A stretch of DNA of 53,729 nucleotides. It comes from a virus (lineage: Duplodnaviria > Caudoviricetes). Made by a program: the position numbers and the translations under genes. The DNA lies in IMG/VR virus record IMGVR_UViG_3300036846_000650, positions 1 to 53,729 of that record. One strand, 5' to 3'. Below the pieces are notes generated by a model. It made no database searches. It saw nothing but the letters and a program-made list of their open reading frames with translations, and was not told the DNA's origin. Shown here piece after piece: positions 35,565 through 44,312 of this stretch. Position 1 is the first letter of the stretch; each line of letters opens with the position of its first letter.

Positions 35565-36574
35565 CGGTCTGTCCTTTGGTAAAAGCTGCGGCCCAGGTGC
35601 ACCGACTCCTCGCGGCCTTCTTTGAGGTTCACCACCGCGTCGCGCACAAACACGGTGCCGCCGCCATGATACGCCGCCTTGTGCCGGACGTGGCCGCGGC
35701 GCAGGTGCGGCACCGGTGAGGCGTGGTGGCCGGCGGGAGCGCCCTTCGGGTGCGGCTGGCGGCGGGCGGTGAGCGCGGTCACGTAATCGCCACAGTGGAC
35801 GTGCCAGTGCGCCGGGATCGCCGGCTTGCGGTTCTTGGCCCGGGCCTTGTTCAGCCGCTCCGGCGCGGCGATCCGATCCACCGGCACGCCGTCGGTATTC
35901 AGCAACAGCAGCCCGGTCATCACCGGCTCGATCAGGTTGCCCATGGAGGTGGGCGGCGGCCTGCCATCGGCATCTTCGGCAGCGCCGTGCATGGCGGAGG
36001 CGATAACGATACCGCCATAGCGCTTGTTCGCGGCGTCGGTCGCGACAATGGCGCAGTCGCCCATAAGCAGCGAGCCCTTGCCGGCGATCTTGATCGCCTG
36101 GGCTTCGGCGATCAGGATGCTGCCCGGTGGCACCTTGCCATCCATCATGGTGTGCCAGTCGGCGGGGTCGACCACGTAGAGCGAGCCGCCCCCTTCCCAG
36201 CGATGAAAAATACAGTAAGGGCTGCGGAATGGATGGCCGATATGCCCGCCCTCAAACAGAGTAGCGGCGCGGCCCGACTCGCCGCCGATCACCGCGTTGG
36301 GCAGGAAGCCGAAGTCAAACAGCCGGCCCGCGGCTATCGCCTCCTCGAATACGCCCGGCAGCGAGGCGAACATCTTGGCGTCGCCTTCGAGCGTTATCTT
36401 TTTGCTATTCCTGGCGTGCCACGCCGGCACGATCATGCGGGCCTCCAGGACGGCGTTGCGGACTTGTTCGACGGTGGCGGTGGGCCATTCCTCCAGGGAG
36501 CGGAATAGCTTTTCGCTCATGTCGGCATCGAGCGCCGTCATCTCCTCCGGGCGCATTTGGGGCTGGTAACTCAC
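35561..36574 (-). CDS. Hypothetical protein with HASPxxHxRRGHxR C-terminal motif
   Basis: AAGGAG SD then GTG; HHASPVPHLRRGHVRH. Confidence 0.75.
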   Translation of the reverse strand: MSYQPQMRPEEMTALDADMSEKLFRSLEEWPTATVEQVRNAVLEARMIVPAWHARNSKKITLEGDAKMFASLPGVFEEAIAAGRLFDFGFLPNAVIGGESGRAATLFEGGHIGHPFRSPYCIFHRWEGGGSLYVVDPADWHTMMDGKVPPGSILIAEAQAIKIAGKGSLLMGDCAIVATDAANKRYGGIVIASAMHGAAEDADGRPPPTSMGNLIEPVMTGLLLLNTDGVPVDRIAAPERLNKARAKNRKPAIPAHWHVHCGDYVTALTARRQPHPKGAPAGHHASPVPHLRRGHVRHKAAYHGGGTVFVRDAVVNLKEGREESVHLGRSFYQRTDR

Positions 36575-36726
36575 GAGATTGGGCTCCTTTGGTGGGTGGT
36601 CAGTGTGCCTTGGGAATATAGCGGATAATCCGTCAATGCGTTAGCTATTTTTCGTCAGACTTGACGCTAGCTGCTTCGTCGTCCTAGGGTCCTGGTAATG
36701 AATGATAATTGCGTCCGAAGGCCAGT

Positions 36727-36930
36727 TTGAGAAGTGAAACACCGAAAGAAGCCCAGCGTGATCGGCGTCGCATCTACCGGGAAGTAGACCGGATGGAGCG
36801 CGCACTGGCTGCGGTGTGGCTGGCCTGCGCTGAATTATCGCCGCTAGAGAAAATGGTTGTCTTGCAGTCGGCGCTGACCGAAGCTGTAGAAGCACACAAG
36901 CAACAGCACCCGCAGGTTGGCAGGAAGTGA
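36727..36930 (+). CDS. Hypothetical protein
   Basis: Helical ORF, GTGA-coupled to the next gene; start uncertain. Confidence 0.4.
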   Translation: MRSETPKEAQRDRRRIYREVDRMERALAAVWLACAELSPLEKMVVLQSALTEAVEAHKQQHPQVGRK

Positions 36931-37244
36931 CCGCCCGAAAATCCTACGCCGATCTCGATCCGATCGTGATCTATCAGATCGGCCAGTCGGAATATTCCCA
37001 GGTATATCTGGCCTGGAAATTCAAGCTCGGGGTCAACACCATCGCGCAAATTCAGCGGGACCAGCGGGCGCTTCACCGGCAGGATCACCGCTTCTCCCAC
37101 AAGGCGCGCATCCGCATCGTGGTGGGGATGTCGGAGGACCAGCAATTTCGCCAGAGCCGGCCGCATAGTCAGAGGCCAGCGGATCACCCACAGAGCCTGA
37201 CGCAGATCGCGGTGCCGCGACCAAAACTTTACACAGATAACTAG
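36927..37244 (+). CDS. Hypothetical protein, possible HTH remnant
   Basis: SQVYLAWKFKLGVNTIAQI is HTH-like. Confidence 0.4.
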   Translation: MTARKSYADLDPIVIYQIGQSEYSQVYLAWKFKLGVNTIAQIQRDQRALHRQDHRFSHKARIRIVVGMSEDQQFRQSRPHSQRPADHPQSLTQIAVPRPKLYTDN

Positions 37245-37312
37245 CTGCAACGGAAATTGCCAAGATGAATTGAGCGATTTCAATAAGTTGCAAAACTGGT
37301 GTGATTCTTGCA
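37228..37312 (+). promoter_or_regulatory. Sigma-54 promoter with IHF-like site and TTTACA enhancer half-site
   Basis: TGGTGTGATTCTTGCA at 37297-37312 (GG-N10-GC); TTTCAATAAGTTG at 37278-37290 (one mismatch to WATCAANNNNTTR); TTTACA at 37228-37233. Confidence 0.65.
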
Positions 37313-37367
37313 CTTGGTGTCCGCGCCCCAACTCCGGGGCCGCACACACAAGGGACACCAACTGATT

Positions 37368-38078
37368 ATGCGACAGCTACTGCTTACCGGCGCTGCACTG
37401 GCGGCGCTCACCATTGGAGCCGGGACGGCGCACGCGGCGCTGGTATCACTCGGACCCAGCGCGGGCACCGAAGGGCTCACCTACACGCTGGAGTCCATGG
37501 CGACCGCCAATCCGCTGGTCGAGGAATTCGCCCTCACCATCACCGGCGAGAATACCGCAGCCGACCTGGAAGGTGGCGTCAACGCGCACCGCACCGGGAT
37601 CAACGCGATTGCCTTCAACACCGTGTCGAAGAATAATCCGGCGTCGGGCACCATGTTGTCCACGACCATCAACGGCGTCACCAAGACCTCGCCGAACACC
37701 GGATTTACCTTTGTTCCCGGCGGGCTGGCGTCCTCCGGCTGCGATGGCAGCGGCGGCTTCTTCTGCTTCGATAACACGGCGATCCCGCCGATCCCGGCCT
37801 CGCCCGACATCACCGGCAAGGTGACCCTGGTCTTCAGCGCCACGCTGGACGCCGGCAGTTCTTGGGCCAACTACACGACCGCGTTCAAGATCGACTGGGT
37901 GGGCCCGGGCACCAACAACTTCAACTTGGTGTCGCTGGATATTCCGGTGAACACCGACTGCCCGGACTGTGGTCCTGGCACGCACAGCGCGCCGGAGCCG
38001 GCCTCGTTGGCCATCCTGGGCGTCGGCCTGCTTGGCCTGGGCGTCGTTACCCGGCGCAGCCGCCGGTCAGCCTCCTAA
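37368..38078 (+). CDS. PEP-CTERM sorting domain surface protein 1
   Basis: Signal peptide ending AHA; APEPASLAILGVGLLGLG-RRSRR C-terminus. Confidence 0.92.
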   Translation: MRQLLLTGAALAALTIGAGTAHAALVSLGPSAGTEGLTYTLESMATANPLVEEFALTITGENTAADLEGGVNAHRTGINAIAFNTVSKNNPASGTMLSTTINGVTKTSPNTGFTFVPGGLASSGCDGSGGFFCFDNTAIPPIPASPDITGKVTLVFSATLDAGSSWANYTTAFKIDWVGPGTNNFNLVSLDIPVNTDCPDCGPGTHSAPEPASLAILGVGLLGLGVVTRRSRRSAS

Positions 38079-38081
38079 CTG

Positions 38082-38130
38082 AGGGGGGCGGGCCCGGTTC
38101 GCTTGGGAGGCTTCCCGGGCCTGCCTCCCT
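38082..38130 (+). other. Long intergenic hairpin between the PEP-CTERM genes
   Basis: AGGGGGGCGGGCCCGG pairs with CCGGGCCTGCCTCCCT (16 bp including two G-U). Confidence 0.6.
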
Positions 38131-38163
38131 TGGGGACTTCCTCCCATAGGCAAAGGAATATCC

Positions 38164-38715
38164 ATGCGTAAGCTCTTACTCTCCACGGCTCTGATCGGTG
38201 GTTTTGCCGGTCTGGCCAACGCCGCCCCGATCGCCGCTGGCAGCGAACTCAACGTGATTGGCGGCGCGCAGTTCAACGCCACCACGATCACGTCCAACAC
38301 GCCGGCCGGGCTGGCTCCTGATCAGACCGGCTCGTTCGCGGCGTTCATCGCGTGCTTGTCCTGCGTGACGGTCAACGCGGCCAGCTTCACGTACTCTCCG
38401 GCGGTGCAGACCGGCCTGCTGTTCACCATCACCGAAGGGTCGTTGGTCGCTACCATCTCGGTCGATGCCGGCGGCATAGCCACACCGGGGATCAACTCGC
38501 TGGCGATCAATGCCCCCGCCACCTTGACCATGACGGGCTTCTCCGCGACGCCGGGCCAATTTGTTTGGACAATCAATCAGTTGGGGCAGGAAGTTGGCTC
38601 GTTTTCTGCGACCGCTGATGCTTCCGCGGTGCCGGAGCCGGCCAGTCTTGGTCTGCTGGGTGTCGGCCTGCTTGGTCTGGCCGGGATCACCGAACTGCGC
38701 CGTCGGCGCAGGTAG
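38164..38715 (+). CDS. PEP-CTERM sorting domain surface protein 2
   Basis: Signal peptide ending ANA; VPEPASLGLLGVGLLGL...RRRRR C-terminus. Confidence 0.92.
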   Translation: MRKLLLSTALIGGFAGLANAAPIAAGSELNVIGGAQFNATTITSNTPAGLAPDQTGSFAAFIACLSCVTVNAASFTYSPAVQTGLLFTITEGSLVATISVDAGGIATPGINSLAINAPATLTMTGFSATPGQFVWTINQLGQEVGSFSATADASAVPEPASLGLLGVGLLGLAGITELRRRRR

Positions 38716-38881
38716 ATTCCACACCACCATCGTGGCGGTGTAGACGCGAAAGGGTGGCCGTCGACTCCCTGGTGGGTCGGCGGCCGTTCGTGTCCCGAGC
38801 CGGCCAAGTGCTGCGCATCGTCGCGGTCTTCCTATTCTACCTTGTCATGCTCTTGTTGCTTGTGTGGTGGATGGCGGCCAG

Positions 38882-40717
38882 ATGAAAATCCGCATCACCG
38901 GTCGGTTCGACATCACGGTGGAGGTGCCCATGGGAAAGCCGCCAGAGCCGCCCGGCCAGGGCGGGACACCTCCGGGGCACGGCGGGACGCCTCCCGGACA
39001 GCAGCCCGAGCCGCCCGATCCCGGCATCCCGACGCCACCGGACCGACCACAGCCCATCCCACCCGAGCCACCCGACATCGAGGAGCCGCCGCCGGACATC
39101 GAGATCGAGCCGCCGCCTGTCGGGAGTATGCAGGCGCTCGTGATGCTCAGCGGCGTGAACTACGTGTTCAACGAGGCGGACGCGATCGACATCGGCTCCT
39201 ACGTGCACCCACACGGGCGCTTCACCATGGCCTGCCGGCGCGGCACCCTGCCGTCCTGCCCGCTACGGGTGGACTTCCGGCGCATCGATGGCTGGCAGTG
39301 CATCATCTTCGAGACCGGCGACCCGATGGCACCGGAGCCGCTCAATCTGCCGCCGTATGAGGTGCAGATCGTGGACGACGCCGGGGCGTTTCATCCGGTC
39401 CAGGTGCCCGACCAGTGGGCCTACAGCCGGTGGCGCTGGCAGTCCGGCAAGTGGCCGCTGGAGCTTCTCACGGTGGAGGACCTGACCACCGAAGGGCTGG
39501 TGCCCAACTACGACGCGGACATGACCGGCGGCACCGCCCATCCGCTGCCGCTGGCGACCTACGAGCCGATGGGCCTCGCCGGGCTCACCGCCAACATGCC
39601 CAACACGGGTGGCCGTTCGGATATCGGTCTATTCACGGATTGGGGTGGCGAATATCTCTGCACCCAGTCGGAGACCGCGCTGGCCTCGGTGCTGGCGCAG
39701 GCGGAGGCAGGCGGGACGATCCCGTGGATGATGCGGGACCTGGGCACCGGCGCGCCGCTCGATCTCATGAACGATTGGAAGTACGCGACAATCTATTGGG
39801 ACCCGAGCGCCAATCCCTACATTCCGAGCGCCAAGGACACCGGCATCTCGATCGACACCTCGCACCAGCCGGCGCTGGCTTATCTGCCGCTCCTGCTGAC
39901 CGGCGATCCGTATCACCTGGAGACGCTCCAATGTCAGGCGAATTTCGCCTTCCTGGAGACGCCGCGGAATTGGAATGAGGGTCAGGTCTGGCAATGCCCG
40001 GGAACTGGCCAGACTCGCAGTATGGCGTGGAACATCAGGACAATAGGGTCCGCGCTTGCGATGACACCGGAGGAGGTGCCGTCCTGGCTGTTGCCCAAAG
40101 CGGTGCTGCACCAGATGCTGGCGCAGTGCGTCAAGGGCACCAATGCCATCATGCAGGAAGGCGGGAACAATCGGACGGTCCTGCACGCGATCGACGTGGG
40201 CCTGCCGGGCGGCGACGAAGGTGCACCGGGCGGCTATTACCCCTCCAATTGCTACAGCCGTTGCTGGCAGACCAGTTTTTTCGCGCAAGCGGTCGGATGG
40301 CTCGCGCAGCTTCACCGGGAATTGGCACCGTTGGCCGGCTATATCGCGAAAAACATGATCGCGCGCGCCGACGGGCTGCACTGGGACAGCACCTATCCGG
40401 CTCCCTACGCCCTGCTGTTGCGGCCGGCCTACGAGGCTGATTGGTTCGATAGCTGGCAGGTGTGCTGGGAGTCCAACGCGGCCATCCTGGGCGTGCCTGC
40501 GGCCCCGCTGTCCAATCAGCTTAAGGCGGTGGGGGACTACGAAGGCGGCTTCTACGGCGGCCTCGCAGCCCTAGCACAGGGGCACGCCGCTGGGGTGTCG
40601 GATATCCCCGCCGAGATCAACGCGGCGCTCGATCATTACAGCGGGCAGGTGGCTGCGCTACTGGCCACCGGCGGGAATAATTATCTCACCTGGAATAACG
40701 CCATCGCGCTGCCCTAG
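38882..40717 (+). CDS. Large hypothetical protein: Pro-rich linker plus probable alpha/alpha-barrel enzyme-like domain
   Basis: MPNTGGRSDIG, DTSHQPALAYLP.LLTGD.YHLE.LQ and QTRSMAW motifs; start 38864 or 38882. Confidence 0.7.
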   Translation: MKIRITGRFDITVEVPMGKPPEPPGQGGTPPGHGGTPPGQQPEPPDPGIPTPPDRPQPIPPEPPDIEEPPPDIEIEPPPVGSMQALVMLSGVNYVFNEADAIDIGSYVHPHGRFTMACRRGTLPSCPLRVDFRRIDGWQCIIFETGDPMAPEPLNLPPYEVQIVDDAGAFHPVQVPDQWAYSRWRWQSGKWPLELLTVEDLTTEGLVPNYDADMTGGTAHPLPLATYEPMGLAGLTANMPNTGGRSDIGLFTDWGGEYLCTQSETALASVLAQAEAGGTIPWMMRDLGTGAPLDLMNDWKYATIYWDPSANPYIPSAKDTGISIDTSHQPALAYLPLLLTGDPYHLETLQCQANFAFLETPRNWNEGQVWQCPGTGQTRSMAWNIRTIGSALAMTPEEVPSWLLPKAVLHQMLAQCVKGTNAIMQEGGNNRTVLHAIDVGLPGGDEGAPGGYYPSNCYSRCWQTSFFAQAVGWLAQLHRELAPLAGYIAKNMIARADGLHWDSTYPAPYALLLRPAYEADWFDSWQVCWESNAAILGVPAAPLSNQLKAVGDYEGGFYGGLAALAQGHAAGVSDIPAEINAALDHYSGQVAALLATGGNNYLTWNNAIALP

Positions 40718-40851
40718 AGCATCGCGCGGATCGCCACCATGACGCCACCGGCGATGATGCCCAGGATACCGACGATCACCAGCACCGCGACCGCGGTGAC
40801 CATCGCATATTGCCGGCGGTTAAGCTTCGGCTCTCTGGTGTCCGGGATCAC
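40714..40851 (-). CDS. 45-aa single-TM peptide
   Basis: GTGA overlap with the DUF968-like stop; long hydrophobic helix. Confidence 0.45.
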   Translation of the reverse strand: MIPDTREPKLNRRQYAMVTAVAVLVIVGILGIIAGGVMVAIRAML

Positions 40852-41144
40852 AGGAAGTACTTCGCGGTGTCATCGCCGATGGCCGGCGAGGTCTGGGCCA
40901 GGAGTCGGGCGATGCCGGTGAGGTCGAGCTTGTAGTGCGCCTCGAAGGTCATCCAGCCCATGAGGTGGCCCTCGGAGTGATGCTCCGAGCACAGCGGCAC
41001 TGCCCACCGGTCACTGGGCTTCATCCCGGTGCCGGCGACGCTGGCGGAGCGGACGTGGTGGGCGTGGACGCCGATCGCGACGTGGCAGCCCGGCACGCAG
41101 CAGGGCAGCGACCTGACCCAGCGCAGGTGAGCCGGCGACTTCAT
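40848..41144 (-). CDS. DUF968-like Zn/His (HNH-related) protein
   Basis: HLRWVRSLPCCVPGC, HAHH and GMKPSD..AVPLC..HH motifs. Confidence 0.85.
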   Translation of the reverse strand: MKSPAHLRWVRSLPCCVPGCHVAIGVHAHHVRSASVAGTGMKPSDRWAVPLCSEHHSEGHLMGWMTFEAHYKLDLTGIARLLAQTSPAIGDDTAKYFL

Positions 41145-41611
41145 GGGCCGCACTCAATGGTCCGGTCACCGGAGAATGGCGCTACCCGAGTCTCGCACTC
41201 GCGGGTCTTGCCGTCCTGGGTGGTGATCACGGTGTGGCTGCCGCGGTCGAACGGGTTGGCGTAGTTGCGCCCGCTGAAGGGTTTGCCGTCGGTGCCGACG
41301 CCCTCGAAGCTGTAGCCGCGATCGAACGGGTTCTGCCGGGTCGTCACAGACTGGGCCTGTGCGCAGCCCAGGAGCGCGCCCAGGAGCGACAAGAACAGGA
41401 TGGCTAGTAGCACGCGGCCGGTGAAGCTGAGCCGTCCACGGGGCTCCTGGGCCGTCTGCGGGCCGATCTCGATCTGGATGCGGATACGCTGCCGGCGCGG
41501 TGGCTCCGGCGGCTTGGGCGGCGGCAGGATGTCGGCCTCCGGGCTGATCGCCAGCGGGCCTAGCAGGTAGTCGAAGGAGCCGCGCTGGGGCGGCTTGCGG
41601 GTGTCGATCAT
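41141..41611 (-). CDS. Membrane-anchored hypothetical protein
   Basis: TM segment ending LLGC; NPFDRG repeated twice. Confidence 0.6.
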   Translation of the reverse strand: MIDTRKPPQRGSFDYLLGPLAISPEADILPPPKPPEPPRRQRIRIQIEIGPQTAQEPRGRLSFTGRVLLAILFLSLLGALLGCAQAQSVTTRQNPFDRGYSFEGVGTDGKPFSGRNYANPFDRGSHTVITTQDGKTRECETRVAPFSGDRTIECGP

Positions 41612-41970
41612 CAGCGGTCTCCATCAAATGGGATGTCGGCGGGCACGGCCGGCTGCGCAGCCGGATACCGGCCCCAGCGCATCATGGTGGTCCACACCTC
41701 CGAATAGGCATCGTGGCGGTCGTCCTCCAGCACGCTGTCCTTGAAGTTGGGATAATCGATCCGATCCACTTCCGCGGCCATGGCGCGCTTCACCAGCTTG
41801 CGCCCGACATAGGCGCGGAATTGGTAGTCGCGTTGTGGCGTGGCGGTCACCCGGATGCCGGGGAACACCGTCAGGATATCGGCCTCACGCCGGGCGCGCA
41901 CCAGCAGCAGGTTGCGGCGCTTCGGCAATTGCACGATCGACAGGAAAGCGTCGTTAATAAATACCCACAT
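41611..41970 (-). CDS. Conserved phage hypothetical protein
   Basis: MWVF...FLSIV, LLVRAR, DYQFRA and IDYPNFK motifs. Confidence 0.8.
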   Translation of the reverse strand: MWVFINDAFLSIVQLPKRRNLLLVRARREADILTVFPGIRVTATPQRDYQFRAYVGRKLVKRAMAAEVDRIDYPNFKDSVLEDDRHDAYSEVWTTMMRWGRYPAAQPAVPADIPFDGDR

Positions 41971-42117
41971 TTATTCGTCCTCGTCGTCAAATAGGGAAGC
42001 TGAATCGGGATCGGCCTCACGCTCGCAGCACGGGCAGAACGAGGTGCGCGGCGTGTCGAGCGTCTCGTCCCATTCGTTCGGGCATTCCTCGCAGTAGAAG
42101 GTGTAAGTGCGGGGCAT
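41971..42117 (-). CDS. 48-aa Zn-ribbon protein
   Basis: MPRTYTFYCEEC...CPCC; abuts both neighbours. Confidence 0.6.
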   Translation of the reverse strand: MPRTYTFYCEECPNEWDETLDTPRTSFCPCCEREADPDSASLFDDEDE

Positions 42118-42118
42118 C

Positions 42119-42310
42119 TCAGCGCTCCTGCACGGTGAAGGTGAACACCACCTTGGAATTCGGTCGGTTCATCGAGCCGTTGAGCGCCGCGGCCTCCCAT
42201 TCGGCGGTGGCCTTGTCGGTCCACATCTGGATGGTGCCATCCTTCTTGAGCCATGCCGCACGGGAGCCAGTCCGCCCGCCGGAGACTTCGCACCAGATGC
42301 TGTAGATCAT
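42119..42310 (-). CDS. Hypothetical protein
   Basis: AAGGAG SD; IWCEVSGGRTGSRAAWLK. Confidence 0.65.
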   Translation of the reverse strand: MIYSIWCEVSGGRTGSRAAWLKKDGTIQMWTDKATAEWEAAALNGSMNRPNSKVVFTFTVQER

Positions 42311-42474
42311 CACTCGGTCTCCTTCAGGGCTTTGGCCATCCAGGCCGCCCAGACGGCGGTAGCGGCATCCTCGCGGGCCTGTGGCAGATCGCGCAGGACA
42401 GCCGCGTAGGCGCGCTGTGCGTCCTCGTGAGCCGCCTTGCGGATGGTCTGGGGGGAGCGGGCGGAGACGATCAC
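42310..42474 (-). CDS. Hypothetical protein (54 aa)
   Basis: GTGA and TGATG coupling at its two ends. Confidence 0.5.
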   Translation of the reverse strand: MIVSARSPQTIRKAAHEDAQRAYAAVLRDLPQAREDAATAVWAAWMAKALKETE

Positions 42475-42671
42475 AGCACCACCGCCCGGCCCAGGCGGGC
42501 CATGGTGAGCCCGGACAGCACGCCCAGGATGCCAAACGCGGTGGCGATGGCGAGCACCGGCACCGGCGCGGGATCGATCAGGAAGGAGCCGATCGCGCAG
42601 TCGATGGCGGCGACGAAGAAAGCGATAATCCCGAAGTAGATCGGGGTCAGGATTTTTTCGGAGAGTTTCAT
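42471..42671 (-). CDS. Two-TM small membrane protein
   Basis: First gene after a leader-hairpin promoter; two hydrophobic segments. Confidence 0.6.
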   Translation of the reverse strand: MKLSEKILTPIYFGIIAFFVAAIDCAIGSFLIDPAPVPVLAIATAFGILGVLSGLTMARLGRAVVL

Positions 42672-42687
42672 CGGGGAGTTTCCAAAT

Positions 42688-42763
42688 TCGCCAGAGCGGA
42701 ATTGCCCCGGCGACACCTGGAAATATATTCAGGACGGTCGATTAAATCAAGCGAAAAATACGC
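42688..42763 (-). promoter_or_regulatory. Early promoter plus CAAUUCCG leader hairpin, copy 1
   Basis: TTGATT-17-TATATT; stem TCGCCGGGG/CTCTGGCGA. Confidence 0.75.
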
Positions 42764-42776
42764 AAACAGCGAATTT

Positions 42777-43391
42777 TCACGATGGCCGGATTATCTCCTG
42801 TTGCTTGAATAGCCCGGCGGCTTCCAGACGCGCGCGCAGGGCCACCCGCTCCTCCTCCGGCAATATCCGGTCCGGCAGGATATCGTGCATCCGGCCTCTG
42901 CCCACGCCTGAGTCAAAGGGCTTGATGCTGGCCGGCTTGCCGTTGGCACCACGGACGATCTCACCGGTGGTGATGTCGGCGTGCCGCTCGCCGGTCGCAT
43001 CGTCCAGCCATGTGGTCTGCACGGCCACGATCTCGATCCGATCCTCAGCTTCGGCTGTCGGCACGGCCACGATCCTGGCCTCTTTTTCGGCTTTGGTCTC
43101 GCCGGGGATCGGGTGGATACTGCGCATCCAGGCTTCGCCGATGAAGGTGAGGCAGTTGGCTCCCATGGCGAGGCAGAGCAATTTCACCGCATTCATGGTG
43201 TTGGCCTTCTCGTGGTCATTCTGCCACGTGGCGGGCACGATATTGATGGCGGTGGCGTTGCGCAGCACGAACATCGACACGACCGTGCCATCGGTCAGGA
43301 TCATCTGCTTGGCAAACTCGAAATCGAATCTGATCTGCTTGGCATAATCGAGCTTGCCATCCTTGCCGGTGGCGGTGTGGGGCTTGCGCAT
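42777..43391 (-). CDS. Hypothetical protein
   Basis: AAGGA SD; FIGEAW...EDRIEIV pattern. Confidence 0.7.
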   Translation of the reverse strand: MRKPHTATGKDGKLDYAKQIRFDFEFAKQMILTDGTVVSMFVLRNATAINIVPATWQNDHEKANTMNAVKLLCLAMGANCLTFIGEAWMRSIHPIPGETKAEKEARIVAVPTAEAEDRIEIVAVQTTWLDDATGERHADITTGEIVRGANGKPASIKPFDSGVGRGRMHDILPDRILPEEERVALRARLEAAGLFKQQEIIRPS

Positions 43392-43404
43392 CAGGAAATT
43401 CCTT

Positions 43405-44061
43405 TCAATACCAAGTGCGGACCGCGGCGACCATGTAATCCTGGCCTTTATCCGCGGGGTCATCCTTGACGGTGAACGCCTCCACGGTGCCGTGCCAGTG
43501 GCCATCCGAGATCGGGGTGGGAATACTGAAGCGGCTGTTCGCCGCCAGCTTCTGAATCAGATCGGGGTGGTCGCTGATCGCCTTCATGTCGCGCAGCAGC
43601 GCCTCCTCGGTCCGGTCGCGGCCACGATCGAGCCGGCGGGCCAGGGCGTGGTAGTTGAAATTCACCAGTGGCGCGCTCTCGATCTTCAGCCCGATGTTGC
43701 GGCGGCCGATCCGCACCGTGTGCATGGCGACGGTCAGGTCCTGCTCCTCCCATTCCGCCCGAAACTGGGTGCCGGCGGACAGCCGCACCTCGCGGAGTTC
43801 GATCCCGCCCGGGAGCTTCGTGGTAGTGCCGGCCCAGCGGAATTCCAGGGCGGAGGCATGGTAGGATGCGAGCAGCGCCTGGATGTGCGCCGGGCGGAGG
43901 CTGCGGCCTGGATAGCGGTCCCATCGCGCGGAGGCGACTTCTATTGCCCCCTCGGTGATCTCCCGCCAGCGGTTGCCGTCGGCCATCACGCGTTGGCGCA
44001 GGGCGCGCACCCGGCCGAGCGACTCCCGGGTGATCGGGGCGCTCTCGAAGTAATCGTTCAC
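43405..44061 (-). CDS. Hypothetical protein
   Basis: HALARRLDRG...AVRTW; GTGA-coupled. Confidence 0.7.
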   Translation of the reverse strand: MNDYFESAPITRESLGRVRALRQRVMADGNRWREITEGAIEVASARWDRYPGRSLRPAHIQALLASYHASALEFRWAGTTTKLPGGIELREVRLSAGTQFRAEWEEQDLTVAMHTVRIGRRNIGLKIESAPLVNFNYHALARRLDRGRDRTEEALLRDMKAISDHPDLIQKLAANSRFSIPTPISDGHWHGTVEAFTVKDDPADKGQDYMVAAVRTWY

Positions 44062-44300
44062 GGCCGCTCCTCCCGGCGCTGGCGCGGGCCACTGTCCTTC
44101 GAGCCCCTAGGACGGCCTCGGGGCCGCGGTGGGCCCTCTGGCGGCGTCCGGGTAGGTGGTAGGCCGTCCAGCTTGGCCAGGGCGCGTACGTGCCTCACAA
44201 GGGCATATGCGCCGTGCCGCCAGATCAGCCGGCGCAGCGTCCGGGTGGTCTCGGTGGAGAGCCCCGGGATCGGTGGCTTCCAGCCCGCTCGCAACGCCAT
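44058..44300 (-). CDS. Small AT-hook protein
   Basis: AAGGAG SD; RPRGRPRGSKD. Confidence 0.6.
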   Translation of the reverse strand: MALRAGWKPPIPGLSTETTRTLRRLIWRHGAYALVRHVRALAKLDGLPPTRTPPEGPPRPRGRPRGSKDSGPRQRREERP

Positions 44301-44312
44301 GGGAAGTCTCCT

